Shown piece after piece: positions 1-32,600 of a stretch of 64,000 bases of DNA. Positions within the stretch are counted from its first letter, which is position 1; each line of letters opens with the position of its first letter. The notes under the pieces are model-generated. The model made no database searches, was not told the DNA's origin, and saw only the letters and a list, made by a program, of their open reading frames with translations. The position numbers and the translations under genes are program-made. The stretch comes from Lingula anatina. Lineage: Eukaryota; Animalia; Brachiopoda. Location: positions 2,666,001 to 2,730,000 of the forward strand of contig CM120641.1 of NCBI GenBank assembly GCA_051362555.1. The letters run 5' to 3'.

Positions 1-490
1 AATACAAAACAAACCACTAATTAGAATGCTTTTTCATCTCTTTTTTTCTAATCTAATGTGTTTATTTGATTGATGAGACAATTCTACTAAGGCATAATAA
101 CTCACTAAAGGGCTGATGTATAAATCATTTTCAGAAATCATATTTTCACTCCAAAAGCAATTTTGTAATCAGCATTTGCACATAGGTTGGTTTAATTTTA
201 AATTAATTTTCAAATTACTTAAAGGCATGTGTTGTCATCAAGACTTCCTGAGTATGTTTCCCTTTTTACCCTTAAATATATACGCCATGTATGCTATATA
301 TATATATATACAGTAAATTCTCTAGAACTCATGCCATGTTCTGAAATTCTGAAGATGCTTATCCAATGTCCATTAAAACTGATACCATATCACCAACAGC
401 ATATCATTTTTTTAAATGTTAAATAATTTTCATCTCCAAACACAGAATCTCCCCAACATCTTAAATGTGCTATGTTCATGGGATGCATGT

Positions 491-19923
<19,433 letters not shown>

Positions 19924-20039
19924 TGCTGAAACTTAATTTTCCACATAAACGATTCTTTGTTTAAAATGTTCAAGTGTTTTATTTAAAATATAATTCAAAG
20001 ACAGAGCGATGTAACTTTCCGTCTGCTCCCGTTGATAGC

Positions 20040-20135
20040 CGATAAGAAAATGATTACGGAAGTAGTATCCCAGAATGCTCTCACTTGTAGGTCATGCGCA
20101 TGCGTAGAGGTGGTTTACTGACGTCAGTAAGTTGC
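20040..20135. promoter_or_regulatory. Bidirectional promoter core shared by MTR and STX5
   Basis: CpG-rich patch between divergent genes. It contains ETS ACGGAAGT (20056-20063), ZNF143/Staf-like TCCCAGAATGC (20068-20078), NRF1-like TGCGCATGCG (20095-20104) and CRE TGACGTCA inside the perfect palindrome TTACTGACGTCAGTAA (20115-20130). A likely non-coding STX5 exon 1 ends at the GTAAGT donor at 20262. Confidence 0.75.
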
Positions 20136-21030
20136 TTCGTGGCCAAATAAACTCTGAAACAAATATCGTGAAAAAATATACTTAAATCTAATATTATCAA
20201 AGTACCTCGGTCTTATTTGCCCAGCAGTATTAGCCAGTGATTATTCAAGACTACTTATATGGTAAGTATTATCTTGAAATTCGTTAACAATTGTACGGTA
20301 TGTCAAACATGGGGTGATGGAATGTCGTGGTTAGATTCCCCGAGTCACCGCCGGCGTCGTAATTATTTCCTACATATGGCAGCGTCGTTGTTTACCCCTC
20401 GTTTAAAAGCCCTTGTGTAATGACGGGCCAAGGACCTTTTATGTCTCTGGTTAGTTTTTAAAGTTTCTCATCTGAATAAGGGGCCGAAGATGTTGGTTTC
20501 ATATCTGTTGATGAGAGGATCCATAGATCATAACTGTCAGTGTCACTGTCATTTATCTGTCACTGACAGGTGTATATCAACAAAAGAAAAGTAGTTAATA
20601 TCTTATTACTCACTAAATTGCACTTCATTATTCTTTTTCTAATAATGCTTGTTCGTCTGTTCGTGAATATTTGTATTTGATGTAGAAGGTACTTAATTGA
20701 TGGTATTTAAAAAACGCAAGTAAAATTAATGCACCAAGTTGTCATATTTTTACACATTTCAGTGGAATATTTGGACTTTTTCCCTCAAATTGGAGGCTTT
20801 GAGAATTTATACAGACAGAAATAATGATTATCATTGTATGTCTTTTATTGCTTCCTTAATTTTATTTATTGCAACATTCTTGCAGGTTGGAAGTGTAACA
20901 CATTGATGAAAATACCTACACATATTCTTTACTTTTCAGGTTGAAGATCAAAGAAGAACACCGCCCCTTATTTTAGTTAGTTTTAGTTCACCATTTTGTG
21001 CCCCTATGACACGTGCTTGTACTGTCCTCA

Positions 21031-22795
21031 ATGTTAGCCAGACGCCGTCGTACCACTTCTGGTTCTGAAACAGATCAGAAAGAGAACACTCCGCCGAGAC
21101 CATACGCCTCAGGTGGAGCCACTGCATATAACACGCGGGGTTCTCCCTCAGGATCACCAAGTTTATCGACAAGGCCACAGGCCCCTCCTCCTTCGTTAAG
21201 ACAAGTAGACCCAGACATGACTTGCCGCGATCGGACCAACGAGTTTATGTCAGCTGTGAAGTCCATGCAGTCTAGACAGGTAGAGTTTTTTATTAATTTA
21301 TTTATTTATTTATTTTATTTATTTATTTATTTTTTTTTTTTTTTTGTCAAGAATACAAGTTAAGTATGATTTTAAATGTGGAAAAAATTGACTTGAAAAC
21401 ATATTTGACTTGAGAATCAATATAGGAACTTGCTGGTAGACTTTTCTTTTTGAGACAAAAAGACGATGTGAAATAAAGATTGTTGTTTGTGTAATTTAAG
21501 AAGGAAATCAATCAGATCCCCAGGCACTTTCATTACTTACCAAATGTATGTGAACCATGTATATTGATACAAGGATTCAGGCCTAGAAGTCTTGTGTGAT
21601 AACAATTTGCCTTTTGAAAACTGTCAATATGCATGTGCATTTAGCAAAATCAAACAAAAAAAAAAGACTTTTCATTTATTGATTTCCTGAACTCTACCTT
21701 TGAATAAACAGAATAAACAAGATGTGGTTATTGTGTAAGAAAAATGTAGTTTTGTTGTTTTTGGAAAAGTATATTATAAATTTAAACTTTATTTTATAAT
21801 TTAATGAAGATGTTAAAGTCAGGTGTATTGTTGTCCTTTCCCAGGTAATGAATGGCAGCCTCCCCTCCAGAATGAGTAGTAATACACTGAGGCAGAGAAG
21901 TCAATTCACACAGTTGGCCAAGTAAGTCACACTGTAGTAGAATAAGTCACAATATGGTAGAATTTCTACTCCATTCAGCAGTCTGTTACATCTGTAGTAG
22001 AGTTCAGTGTTTAAATTAAATATTATTGTAACTGGAAACTTTTAAGAAGCTCATTTGAATGATATTGTGTTTGATATTGTGAATGATATTGTGTTATTTA
22101 TTTTATATTTTACTTTGATGAAATGATCAGGCTGGTGACCTATATCTTTTCTTTTTAGAAAAATTGGAAAAGACATTGCCAGCACATTTGCTAAACTGGA
22201 AAAACTTACTATTTGTAAGTACTGTTGAAATATCCGTGTGTTTAGGATATTAGTGTGCCATACTTATTGATTTTGTAAATTAAATTCTTAATATAAGTAG
22301 TTATTTCAATCTAGAATGGTAGACACAGGCATATTTATGCTCTTGATTGAATAATTTTGCATTGCATATGTACTTTTATACTGTGTATTTTATTTAAATT
22401 TATTAATTTACTGTGTAAAGTACTACAGTGATACATTTTAGTGACATTATATTTTATCATAGTGTCATTCCCTGGTATAACAATGTAAACCTGATTCTAA
22501 TATGTGAGGTGTATATTTTCAGTGGCCAAAAGAAAGTCCCTATTTGATGACAAACCCGTGGAGATCCAAGAGTTGACCTATATCATAAGACAGGACATTG
22601 GCAGTCTTAATAAACAGATATTCCATTTACAAGAGGTGAGGGGGACATTGTCAGCCAAGTTGTTTTCTTATTATTTATTTGTTAACAGTGTACATTTGCT
22701 TGTCATTTAGCTTTAAATTCTTGATGCAGACATTATATTTTTAAAAATGAGCTTTTTTATGATAGAACATATTTTTAATACATACTTTTCTTAAT

Positions 22796-22844
<49 letters not shown>

Positions 22845-24589
22845 TCCAGCTGGTGAGGTCCCAAAGAAATAACAGCAAACATGTACAGTCACATTCAAAT
22901 TCAGTGGTTGTAGCACTTCAGGTAGGATCACTTGATCTTCTTGCTGAGTTATCAGTATTAGGTGATTATTAATGAATCTTATCACATGACAACACCATGT
23001 TATAGTTTAACACCTAGATCTTGTTATTAATAATGAAAATGATAATGTAAATGGTATAAAAAACTTGCTGTAGCTTTGCCTTTGTATTAGTGATATGACA
23101 ATTAACTTTCTTTTTTGTATGAACACTGACTTATTTTCTATTTGCAGTCAAAACTTGCCTCCATGTCAAATGACTTCAAGTCTGTATTAGAAGTAAGAAC
23201 CCAAAATTTGAAGGAACAGAAATCAAGACGGGAACAGTTTTCAGATTCCCCAGTATCATCTTCACTTCCTCCTTCAGCCATGACAGGATACAGTACGTAT
23301 GGAAACAGAAGTGTTCACTTCTTAAATCCCTAAAATGCCATTTGACATAGCAAATTTTCAGTTATTGCATTGCGTGATTGGCATGGCTCTGTAAAAGGTC
23401 AATAGACTATTTCATAGATTTGTTTGATTGTGCTTTTGAATTAATCTGGAGGTTGTATAATTTCTATATATTTCTATGTTTTAGATGGTTCTGTATTACT
23501 AAAGGATGATGTCGGCCATAATGATGTTGCTATTAATATGGATGGCATGGACAGAAATAAATTTCAACAACAAATGCAGCTCATAGATGAACAGGTATGA
23601 TATTATGTCATCAGTCTCCAAAACAGTTGTTATCATGGCAGAAAAGATCATTTAACCTACACAGAATAGTTAGTTTTCATTATATTTACAACATACTTTG
23701 ACTTGCATTCTCCAGGGAACAAAACAATAGCCTAAGGGTGCTTTCTCATTATAGGATAAATAGGCTCACATGCATTCTGAATGTATCTATCAAAGCCAAT
23801 TTATTTACCGTCAAAAAATACACTTTCCTTGCCATTCTGCTGTTGACTGAATTTCAGGTTTATGAAGTGGCCCAATGGTGCTGGACCACATCCTTGACTG
23901 TGCAGTCTTTAAATATATCAACATGCTGTTAATTGCTTTAAATGACAAAAAAGTTATTTTTCTTTCAGGATTCCTATATTCAAAGTAGAGCAGACACTAT
24001 GCAGAATATAGAATCCACCATAGTAGAACTTGGAGGGATATTCCAACAACTGGCTCACATGGTCAAGGAGCAAGAAGAAATGGTCCAAAGGTGAGCTTTT
24101 GGCATAAAGATGAAAGATTTTGACAGGGCAAAAATTGGTTTAAATAAATGTGTGATAGAAATCTTTAAATTTTGTCTGACAGTCTTAAAGAAAAGTGCAA
24201 AATTTATTATGTGTATCAAGAATAGAAAACCTTGATCTTACTGTAGGATTGATGGCTGACAGTCTTTACATGGAGTATAAAGAATTGAAGACCTTGATCT
24301 CAGTTTCATATTTCTTTACTACCTTGATCGTGATTTCATATTTCTGTACTGTAGGATTGGTTGCCAGTCTTTACATGGAGTATACAGAATTGAAAACCTT
24401 GATCTCAATTTCATATTTCTGTATTATAGGATTGATGCCAATGTGGAAGACACTCACTTGAATGTGGAAGCAGCTCACGGAGAGATCCTGAAATATTTCC
24501 AGTCAGTGACTTCAAATAGATGGCTTATGATCAAGGTCTTTGGAGTGCTCATTGTGTTCTTCATCATCTTTGTTGTATTCCTGGCTTAA
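21031..24589 (+). CDS. STX5: Syntaxin-5 (Qa-SNARE); long form from ATG 21031, short form from ATG 21217
   Basis: Exons approx. 21031-21279, 21845-21921, 22159-22214, 22523-22636, 22850-22921, 23148-23292, 23485-23594, 23969-24090, 24430-24589. Motifs: MTCRDRTNEF (Sly1-binding N-peptide), LAKRKSLFDDKPVEIQELTYII, QSKLASMSNDFKSVLEVRTQNLK, SNARE IESTIVELGGIFQQLAHMVKEQEEMVQRIDAN, and C-terminal TM RWLMIKVFGVLIVFFIIFVVFLA*. Confidence 0.96.
22804..22844. repeat. (TTA)n microsatellite directly upstream of a STX5 3' splice site
   Basis: Directly visible in the sequence. Confidence 0.9.
24170..24436 (+). repeat. Local ~75-bp tandem duplication that copies the last STX5 splice acceptor
   Basis: The units CAGTCTTTACATGGAGTATA..GAATTGAA.ACCTTGATCTCA.TTTCATATTTC..TAG|GATTG recur. 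AG|GATTG junctions are at 24246, 24354 and 24429. Confidence 0.85.
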
Positions 24590-26610
24590 ACTGAACACTT
24601 CTGGTATCAGAATAACAACTTTTGGGCAACAACTACCACAGAAATGTTTCATCTTAAAGAATGGGTGTTTCTCAGTAAGGGACTTTTCTGGTGGTTTTTA
24701 TCTAAAAAAAAGTGGTGAGCTGAACGTGCGACAGACTCATATATTGAAAGCACTTTCTTCTCTCAAACACATTCATTTGATGGGGATGTGAGAAATTTTA
24801 AATTGTGAACTTATACAGAGTTGCCTGTTAAGTAAAATGGATCATTCTTAAGAACCAGAGGAGTCTTTCCACTGTTCACTGGTAGAATGGTGGATCAAAG
24901 GACACATTATCTACAATTTCTAAATATGTTAGAATATTTAAGAAAGTGCCATCAGGACCCACAAATTCAGAGAAGGTGCAACTACTGGGACTGTGATAGG
25001 ATGATGGAAGTCTGAGGTGTGCATGGCTAAAATTGTACATACATTTATACATATAGAACACATAATTACCAAGGTGACGTACATGGTGCCTGCTCTCTTA
25101 AAGTTTACTTGGTGGTGAACTGAAATTTAACCATTCTGGGTAGCTATTTGGGGAAATTGGTTATTTATTCATATTCTTTATATCCAGTGACAAATCAGGA
25201 ATCTACCTTTCAAGTATTGCACACAATAAATGAAAGGCTTTACTGTTCTCTGCATGCTTGGTGAATTAGGGCAGCTTGGATGCTGCTCTTCATGTAAATT
25301 TAATCAGTAGTCCAGGGACCAATCAAGTGCAATTTTGCTGGTCACATAATATTTGCATGCTAAGGTTTCCTTGGGCTTTCTCAGTGAATTGGGAGAAACA
25401 AAGTTTATTTTGTGTCAGTTCTTAATAAAAAAAAAATGAACAAGTAGATATATTGTTAAATTGTTATTGATCTTTTTATTGTTGAAATTGTACACCAGGT
25501 TTACTACAGCTTGATATCTTTGTCTAAACTGGAGCCTCAAATATTGCACAAAATGCACCTTGTGTTAATTGTCTAATCTCTGTAACATAAATCTATAATT
25601 AAAATAAACATGCCTTTTGGCCACCTTCTGGAAAAATGCCTCGAATTTAGTTTAATCATTTGAAGCACAAGTCCCTACAAAATGTCAAATCTGAATATCA
25701 CATATTTTCCTGAATATTTCAATCCTCTATTTCAAACAGATAATGCAATATGGTTAAATTTATTATACTTGGTAGCAAAACACTAGAACACTTCAGTGCT
25801 TACAACAAAAAAGGATATAAATATATATTACCACTGGAATGAGCTGCCTTCATCCTAAAAGTTCATTTCTCCATAAGCATGTCTACGCTTGTGTCTTTGC
25901 TTAACAATGAAATCACTGGACACCTGAACTGCTGTTACTTAATTTGTAATTGTGCTTAGCACAGCTGCCACAATGGCTTGTTCTCAACTACCACAATCAA
26001 CTGCCTACTACTACCACAACTGTCATTATCAATTGCATGTTAGGTGAAACCTTAACCCATTCCATGTGCAGTTTGGATATATAAGAGCCACAACCAGTGC
26101 TCTTTACCTGCACATACACGTACTGTGCTTCCCTTTACCAAGTCTTTGCTCAGTACATTAGTCACTCTACATATATTGGTGAGCCCCTTATATATACTAT
26201 GGAAGCAGAGCCCTCTCACAACTGCAGCTACTGATGACATTCAACAAGTCAACATACTAAATAGGAATCCATTCCTAGAAAATCACAATTCCCATAAACT
26301 GCATTCAATCGACATGTATCATAACTTCATATGTGAATATTTTGCGAGGAGTTTGCTCACATAACTACAGCAGTAATCTGTTCTCATTGCATCTATCATC
26401 TAAAGTAAATCGCTCATAACGTCTTTTTACACACGTCTTGCACAGCTACATCCTTCAAGCAGTGCACTATAAATGCAAGAACTGACTCTCTGTGCTTCAA
26501 CTAGTACTATTACAGATTCACTAACTTTAGTGCAATATTACTGTTCCATCAATGAACAATATTTTCTTATCTAGCTACTGTGACAGAGTAAAAACACCAA
26601 GCGCACCCCT

Positions 26611-29600
26611 TCAGCTGCTCTTGTCCCCTCCAGTGGTCAGTGGAAGAACATCAGTGGAAGGATAACCATAGAGGAACAGCAGGATGACCATTGTGGCAGC
26701 AAACGGAGAAAACAGTAGCCATTGTATATCTGTCAAATACATTTGGTGAAATCTGGAATAAAATTACAAGAATATGCTCAATTTTAAAGGATTTTTTACT
26801 TTAAAATTTGTGATATTGCCATATCCTACTTTTACACAATATTTGTAAATAATGAAAAGATGAAATCGATTTTGAAAAAAAAAACCATCATAACCCACAC
26901 GGTATAAAATTATTATTTTCTAAATCAACTTTATAAGTTTCGGTTTCACTTCAATTTATATCAATTCAACAATTACTATTTTTTATTCTACTAGCAGAAA
27001 AATAAACAGCTTAAACCATCAGTACTTTTTAAAACAAAATAAAATTGATAACCTAATAACTGTGGAGTCTATGGCTATTTGTCCATGTTTGTTGGTCACT
27101 TGCACTGTTACATGGCTTAAACAAGGCATGCGTGGTGTGGGAACATCAATGGTGTAAAACCCTTCTTTGGTAAATGACTGCTCAAACCAGTAGTGACTGC
27201 CAAAGTACACCTAGCACATGGATGAAATGTATATCAAACTTCACAGACATTATCAATTATATATTATAGATTCTGAAATCCATAGATCCAGCTTTCAAAA
27301 TATTAAACAGAAATTATAACCTTGTTATCACCTTTATAAACTACCTACCCTGACATTGAAATCTCCCCTGTACCTCTGTCCTCCTATGATATGGAATGTG
27401 ATTGAAAGTGAGTTTCCTGAGTACTCTTGTAAATCTCTGGTTTCTTCAGATAAGAAGACATTGAGCTGTGTAAGACAGACAACGAAAAGTATGTTTAATA
27501 GCAAGCCCTAGATGACCTTGGATTCCCTATATGAAAATCCAGGCTTGTCTTGTTTTTAGATACAATGTCGATTTCGAATCAAATGTAATGCTATAAATAA
27601 TAATGCAGTTAGTACGCCAACAAAAAATTACATTAAAATTGACATTTTAATTAACATTTTTATTAATATTTCTTTAACTATATAATAAAAAATACTTTTA
27701 TAACATCTATCAACCAACAAAAATAAGTTCAAAGAAATAAACTTTTAAAACTTGTATCTATTGCCAAAATAATGGGTGGAATCATATCTCAAACAAAAAT
27801 TTACGAGAGACAAAATGAAGCTAAGATATCCAAAATCCATCCCTACCCTTAGCATTACTAAAAACTTTTTATCACTACCAAAAACAAAGAACTTACAGCT
27901 TGCTCTCTGAATGTAAACCCATTCCCACTCAACGTCTCTGAAGGCCAGGTTCTCATCATTTGTTTCTCAAACCCTGCATGCTGAACTCCAGCATGCCCAG
28001 CCTTGGTGATGTTTAGAAACACCAGGGCCCCATCTGTAGTGGACACCACATAGTTTAGATCAGTTTTCTCTCGGTCAGGATTGCCAGACACAACTTGTAT
28101 CAGTGATTTCTCACCCAGATGTAGAGACTGCTGGCAACTTCTGTCCCCACTCAGGATTTGGAGCATTCCGTCATCTGACATGATTAGCTGTTCGAGAAAA
28201 TTAACAAAATTACAAAAACTTTTCACTATTATCTTTTTTACTATTTTTTGACGTGCATCAACCCTGTAGGGCATTTATGGTTTACTGAGGAACACATTTC
28301 ACATAATTCAAAGTCTGCTTGCTCACTTGGCATATCTGTGACAACATTTCTATGCATGAAGAAAAACTGCTTATGTTAAAGAAACTTACACATATTATGT
28401 GCAATGTTAACATTGCACATAAGTTCCAAGTAACACAAAAAAGCACATAATACCTATAAGAAGGTAATAAGAAGGTAATTATTCTACAATTAGAACAATT
28501 TTACACTATTAGCAAAAATATTACATACCATATCCACATGGTTCTGTAATTCTGCAAACTTTGTAAATACAGGGTTTGCAGTTAGCTTATCTGCCACTTT
28601 GATTGGCCAACCTTCCAGCAATGTTCCACTTTCACCTTCCAGAACATAAATTTTCCTACAAGGTGCAATAAGTATTAAAGCCAACTGCAGTCAACAGATA
28701 GCCTTTGTCATGGTTAACTAGCCAAGCATTGTAAGGCCTATGATGTTAAAATAAGGCCTTATGTAAAAAAACACACACACACAGATAAAACTAGGCTCTA
28801 ATTCTGAAGAATTCTAGATTCTAATTATTTACCAAGTTTTCAGAAGTTCAAATGTTATCGCATTTCTTAATGTGTTGACTGTCTTACTCCCCCCCCCCAT
28901 CTTCTACTATTTACCATCTCAAAAACTACACATTCTACCTTGTTTTAAAATAACAAGATATTCTCATACAAACAAAAATTATTCTTGAAATGACATTTTA
29001 CTTTTCTTTAAGCAAGCTGAATATTACAGGCCAATGAGTAAGCATTCTACATACTATACCAGCGGACCCTACCCATCATTTGTTGCTACCACCACATCAA
29101 GCCTGCCATTTCCATCGACGTCTGCCACGCGTGACCCTGCTGACGATGTGCCAGAAATCTGAACCTCCCACAGCTGTTTACCAAGACTGTTGTAGCAGAC
29201 GACATTGGCACTGGTGTCAACTGCTATCATTTCCAATTTGCCATCCAGGTTTACATCTTCTACTGTAATCTGTGATAATGAAATTAAAGATTCAATGTAT
29301 ATATCTGTGATGTCTTGTTTGCCACCTGTAAGTATTACTGAAGTGAAAAATTTGTCTATGATAAATAAATATCACAAATTTAGAAATATTCTGTTTGATC
29401 AATACTAAACTGTACGTAGTCAGATGAGAACATGATGTATAGGAAAGAGTGAGCAAACATCTATGTATGCTATTACATTCCATGATTAAAAACCAAGCAG
29501 TTAAAATCCATTTCCCAGACAGTAAAAATATGAAATTGTTTTTCATTAAATACCTGTCCATGTATACTGTCCATAGTTAAAGGAAACCCTGTTCTCGTCT

Positions 29601-32600
29601 CTCCTGTGTGTGTTAATGCATACAAACTGCCCACAGAGGTCCCGAACACTATCTCCAACTTTCCACCCTCACTGTCCAAGTCTACCACAGTAGGAGAAAA
29701 CAGCATGTATGCAGGGAATTCACTGTACACCTGGAAGATTATGTGAGCATAGTTAATGAGAAGAGTGCACTCAAATATGTAAAATTAACATTTTGTAAAA
29801 ATGTCTGGAAAACCATAATTTTCAAATTGCAAAATAGTCATTCATTATTCTTTAAATTTTTTACAGTCATTATCTTGAAATGATAATAAATTATTTCCTA
29901 TTCTTAAATCTGCCAGAAAACATACCATAATTTTAAAATCATATTTACAATTATTTGTCCTCAGCAAACTTAAGCGTCTGTTTTCTGCAAGTGCACTGGA
30001 CAGTTTATTGCATATTAACTTAACATTAAATATAATCATGGTGGATATACATCTAACTAGTGGTAGTCTTATCATATCAGAGAGACCATAAAAGGTTGAA
30101 GAGAAGTTTAACGCTACCAACATTATGAAAAAATCAAAACAAATTATGATTTACCGGAGTAAGTTCCAACAATACAGTTTTCATAACTCTCTGGCTTGTC
30201 ATATTAAAAAGCACCAATCCACCAACCAGGTATTCTCGTAGCTCTGTTCTGTTCAAGCCAAGCTTATCAAGACTTTGGGAATCCCTGTTTAGAAAGATTC
30301 TACATGTATCATTTATGATCAGGAAGTATTTCTTTAAAAAAAATTTTCTAAAAACTAAGTTAAAACCAAGAGGGCAGGCAATTATCACACACTTGGCATT
30401 CTTTTCTATTTACAGAGGTTAATTTGTCTGAAAATATGAACTGAAGGCTTACCTTAAAAGAAAGAAACTCTCTGTATAAAATGTACAGTCACAAGGTTAT
30501 AACCTACACCTGTACTTACTAACATTTACAAATTTTATATCAATGTACTCAGAAAATAACAAATCACAAATATGTAACCATGTACAAATATCAACCAGCA
30601 GAACTGTAATCACACTTACAGATATTCTTCCTGATCAAAGAAATAGCTAACAGGTATCACAAGCTCCTCCATGTTGCCATCTTGATCAAGGTCTGCTATC
30701 ACAGGAGTGGCAAGAACATGAGGATCCACACTCACATAATCTTTATAGTCCTGTTTTGGAACAATTAGCCACTGTTAATTAACATGATGCTTTATAGAAC
30801 TTACTGGCAAATTAGGATATCAATATTCAGTTAGTATTCAAAATAGCGTACGTGTAAAATAAATTTCTTCTTCTTTTAAAATTTTAATAATTTTTTTAAT
30901 ATTTGATCTGATTCAGTAAGCATTCAAAATAGTGTATCTGCACAATAAGTTTGTTCTTCTTTTAAAATTTTAATGAAATTTTCAACCTTTGATTAAACAC
31001 ATTATCACCAAGTGTTCCCTAGTACACCGTCACTCTAATACCAACCTTTCCAGACATCAGTTCTTCATAATCCAGAACATATTTATGAACTTCATTATGA
31101 TCTACAGAGATGTTTTCCTTGTACCAGTGTCTCTTCACACCAACAGGGGGCAGCTGGATAACACAAGACAAAACACAGTCAGAGCTTGGATTAAATTTCG
31201 ATTTGAAAAAAAAATTGATTGACAGAATGAAAAAATCATAGAGGCCTGATGCTGCGAGCATTGTGCATTATTACTCAAAGAAAAATTCAAAGTATAACTT
31301 CAACAGTATACAGTTACAAGATAAGGTTTTCAATTAAACTAAATGTGACTTACTTTGTAGTCCCTATCTATAAGGTGAACACCATTATGCTGAAAGAACT
31401 TGAATTCTCCATCTGATGTCACAATGAGGATATCCAACATTCCATCACCATCTATATCATACTATTGAAATGTAAAATATATAGGCCATGACATAATACA
31501 AAACAACAATGGATGTTCACGACAAACTGGTTTAGCTTTGGTTTTGCATTCAGCTGTGCAGTATGTTGTACCAGATTTCTACATTTCAATATTACTGCAA
31601 TTTTCTTTCTCTCTTTAAGCAGTTATAATTGACATATAATAATATTTCTAATAATCTTTTGTATTTAAACATCACTTTTGTTAAACAGTTTCATCAGTTT
31701 TACCTGCAATGGACTTGAATGAACTGAGGATTCTTTTAAGGCAAAGGGCCACTGTGAATCCCCAAGAACTTGTCCAGTTTTCCCATCTATCACAGTAATT
31801 GCCTCAGTGAAAGCACTGGCTACTATATCATTGTGGCCATCCCCATTCACATCTGTGATGATGGGAGGACTCACAAATGGGGAGTTGGCCACTTCTACAC
31901 TGTTCAGTACTTGTACCCTAAACTCGCAGCTGGAATGATAAAAATCATGGTGCATCACAAACTAACATAGACTGGTAAAGATATCAACACCATCACAAGA
32001 CAATTAGCCATGCTACGCAGGTTAGATCGACCTAACTCCTTGGGGGTTCACGCTAAATTGCAGTCAGCCGAGCGGGCACCATAGTTAATTACCCCCTTAC
32101 AGCTTTTAGTAGGCGGGACAGACACTTAATCCGGCCAAGCTGACAGTAATCTAGTGAGACTCCCCACAGGGATAGATCGATCTAAAAATCTATGGAAATG
32201 GGGTGTATGCTAACAGTACATATCAGAATCGTCAATAGGAGTGCTAACGCATGAATTTTCGTGCTACTAAGGCGGTGTGACTGAAATGCGCAATACACCG
32301 CAATACAGCGCAACACAGTGCAATACACTTCAAAAATCAAATCCAGTTTCAATTACACTAAAGAAATGACCATTCCCAGCAAAGTAGGGTGATATAAAAA
32401 CAACCTATATTACTAGGTAAGTAATATTGTTGATATAACTTAACAAATCAGCAAGACTTTTATATTGTCCAGTTGGCAGCCATGTTGGCGAGTGGCTCTT
32501 CTTGGATATATTACTGGCCAAGAAGAGCTACTCGCCAACATGGCGGCTGACCAAACAATAAAAAAATTGTCAAGTTGTATCAGCAATATTTATTACTATG

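Noticed and set aside
24228-24410. Repeated CCTTGAT as U12 branch points in the last STX5 intron
   Set aside because: The intron's donor is GTGAGC (U2-type), and the motif recurs because of the tandem duplication.
30825-30975. ~65-bp imperfect direct repeat in a DEX1-like intron
   Set aside because: AT-rich local duplication with no further structure.
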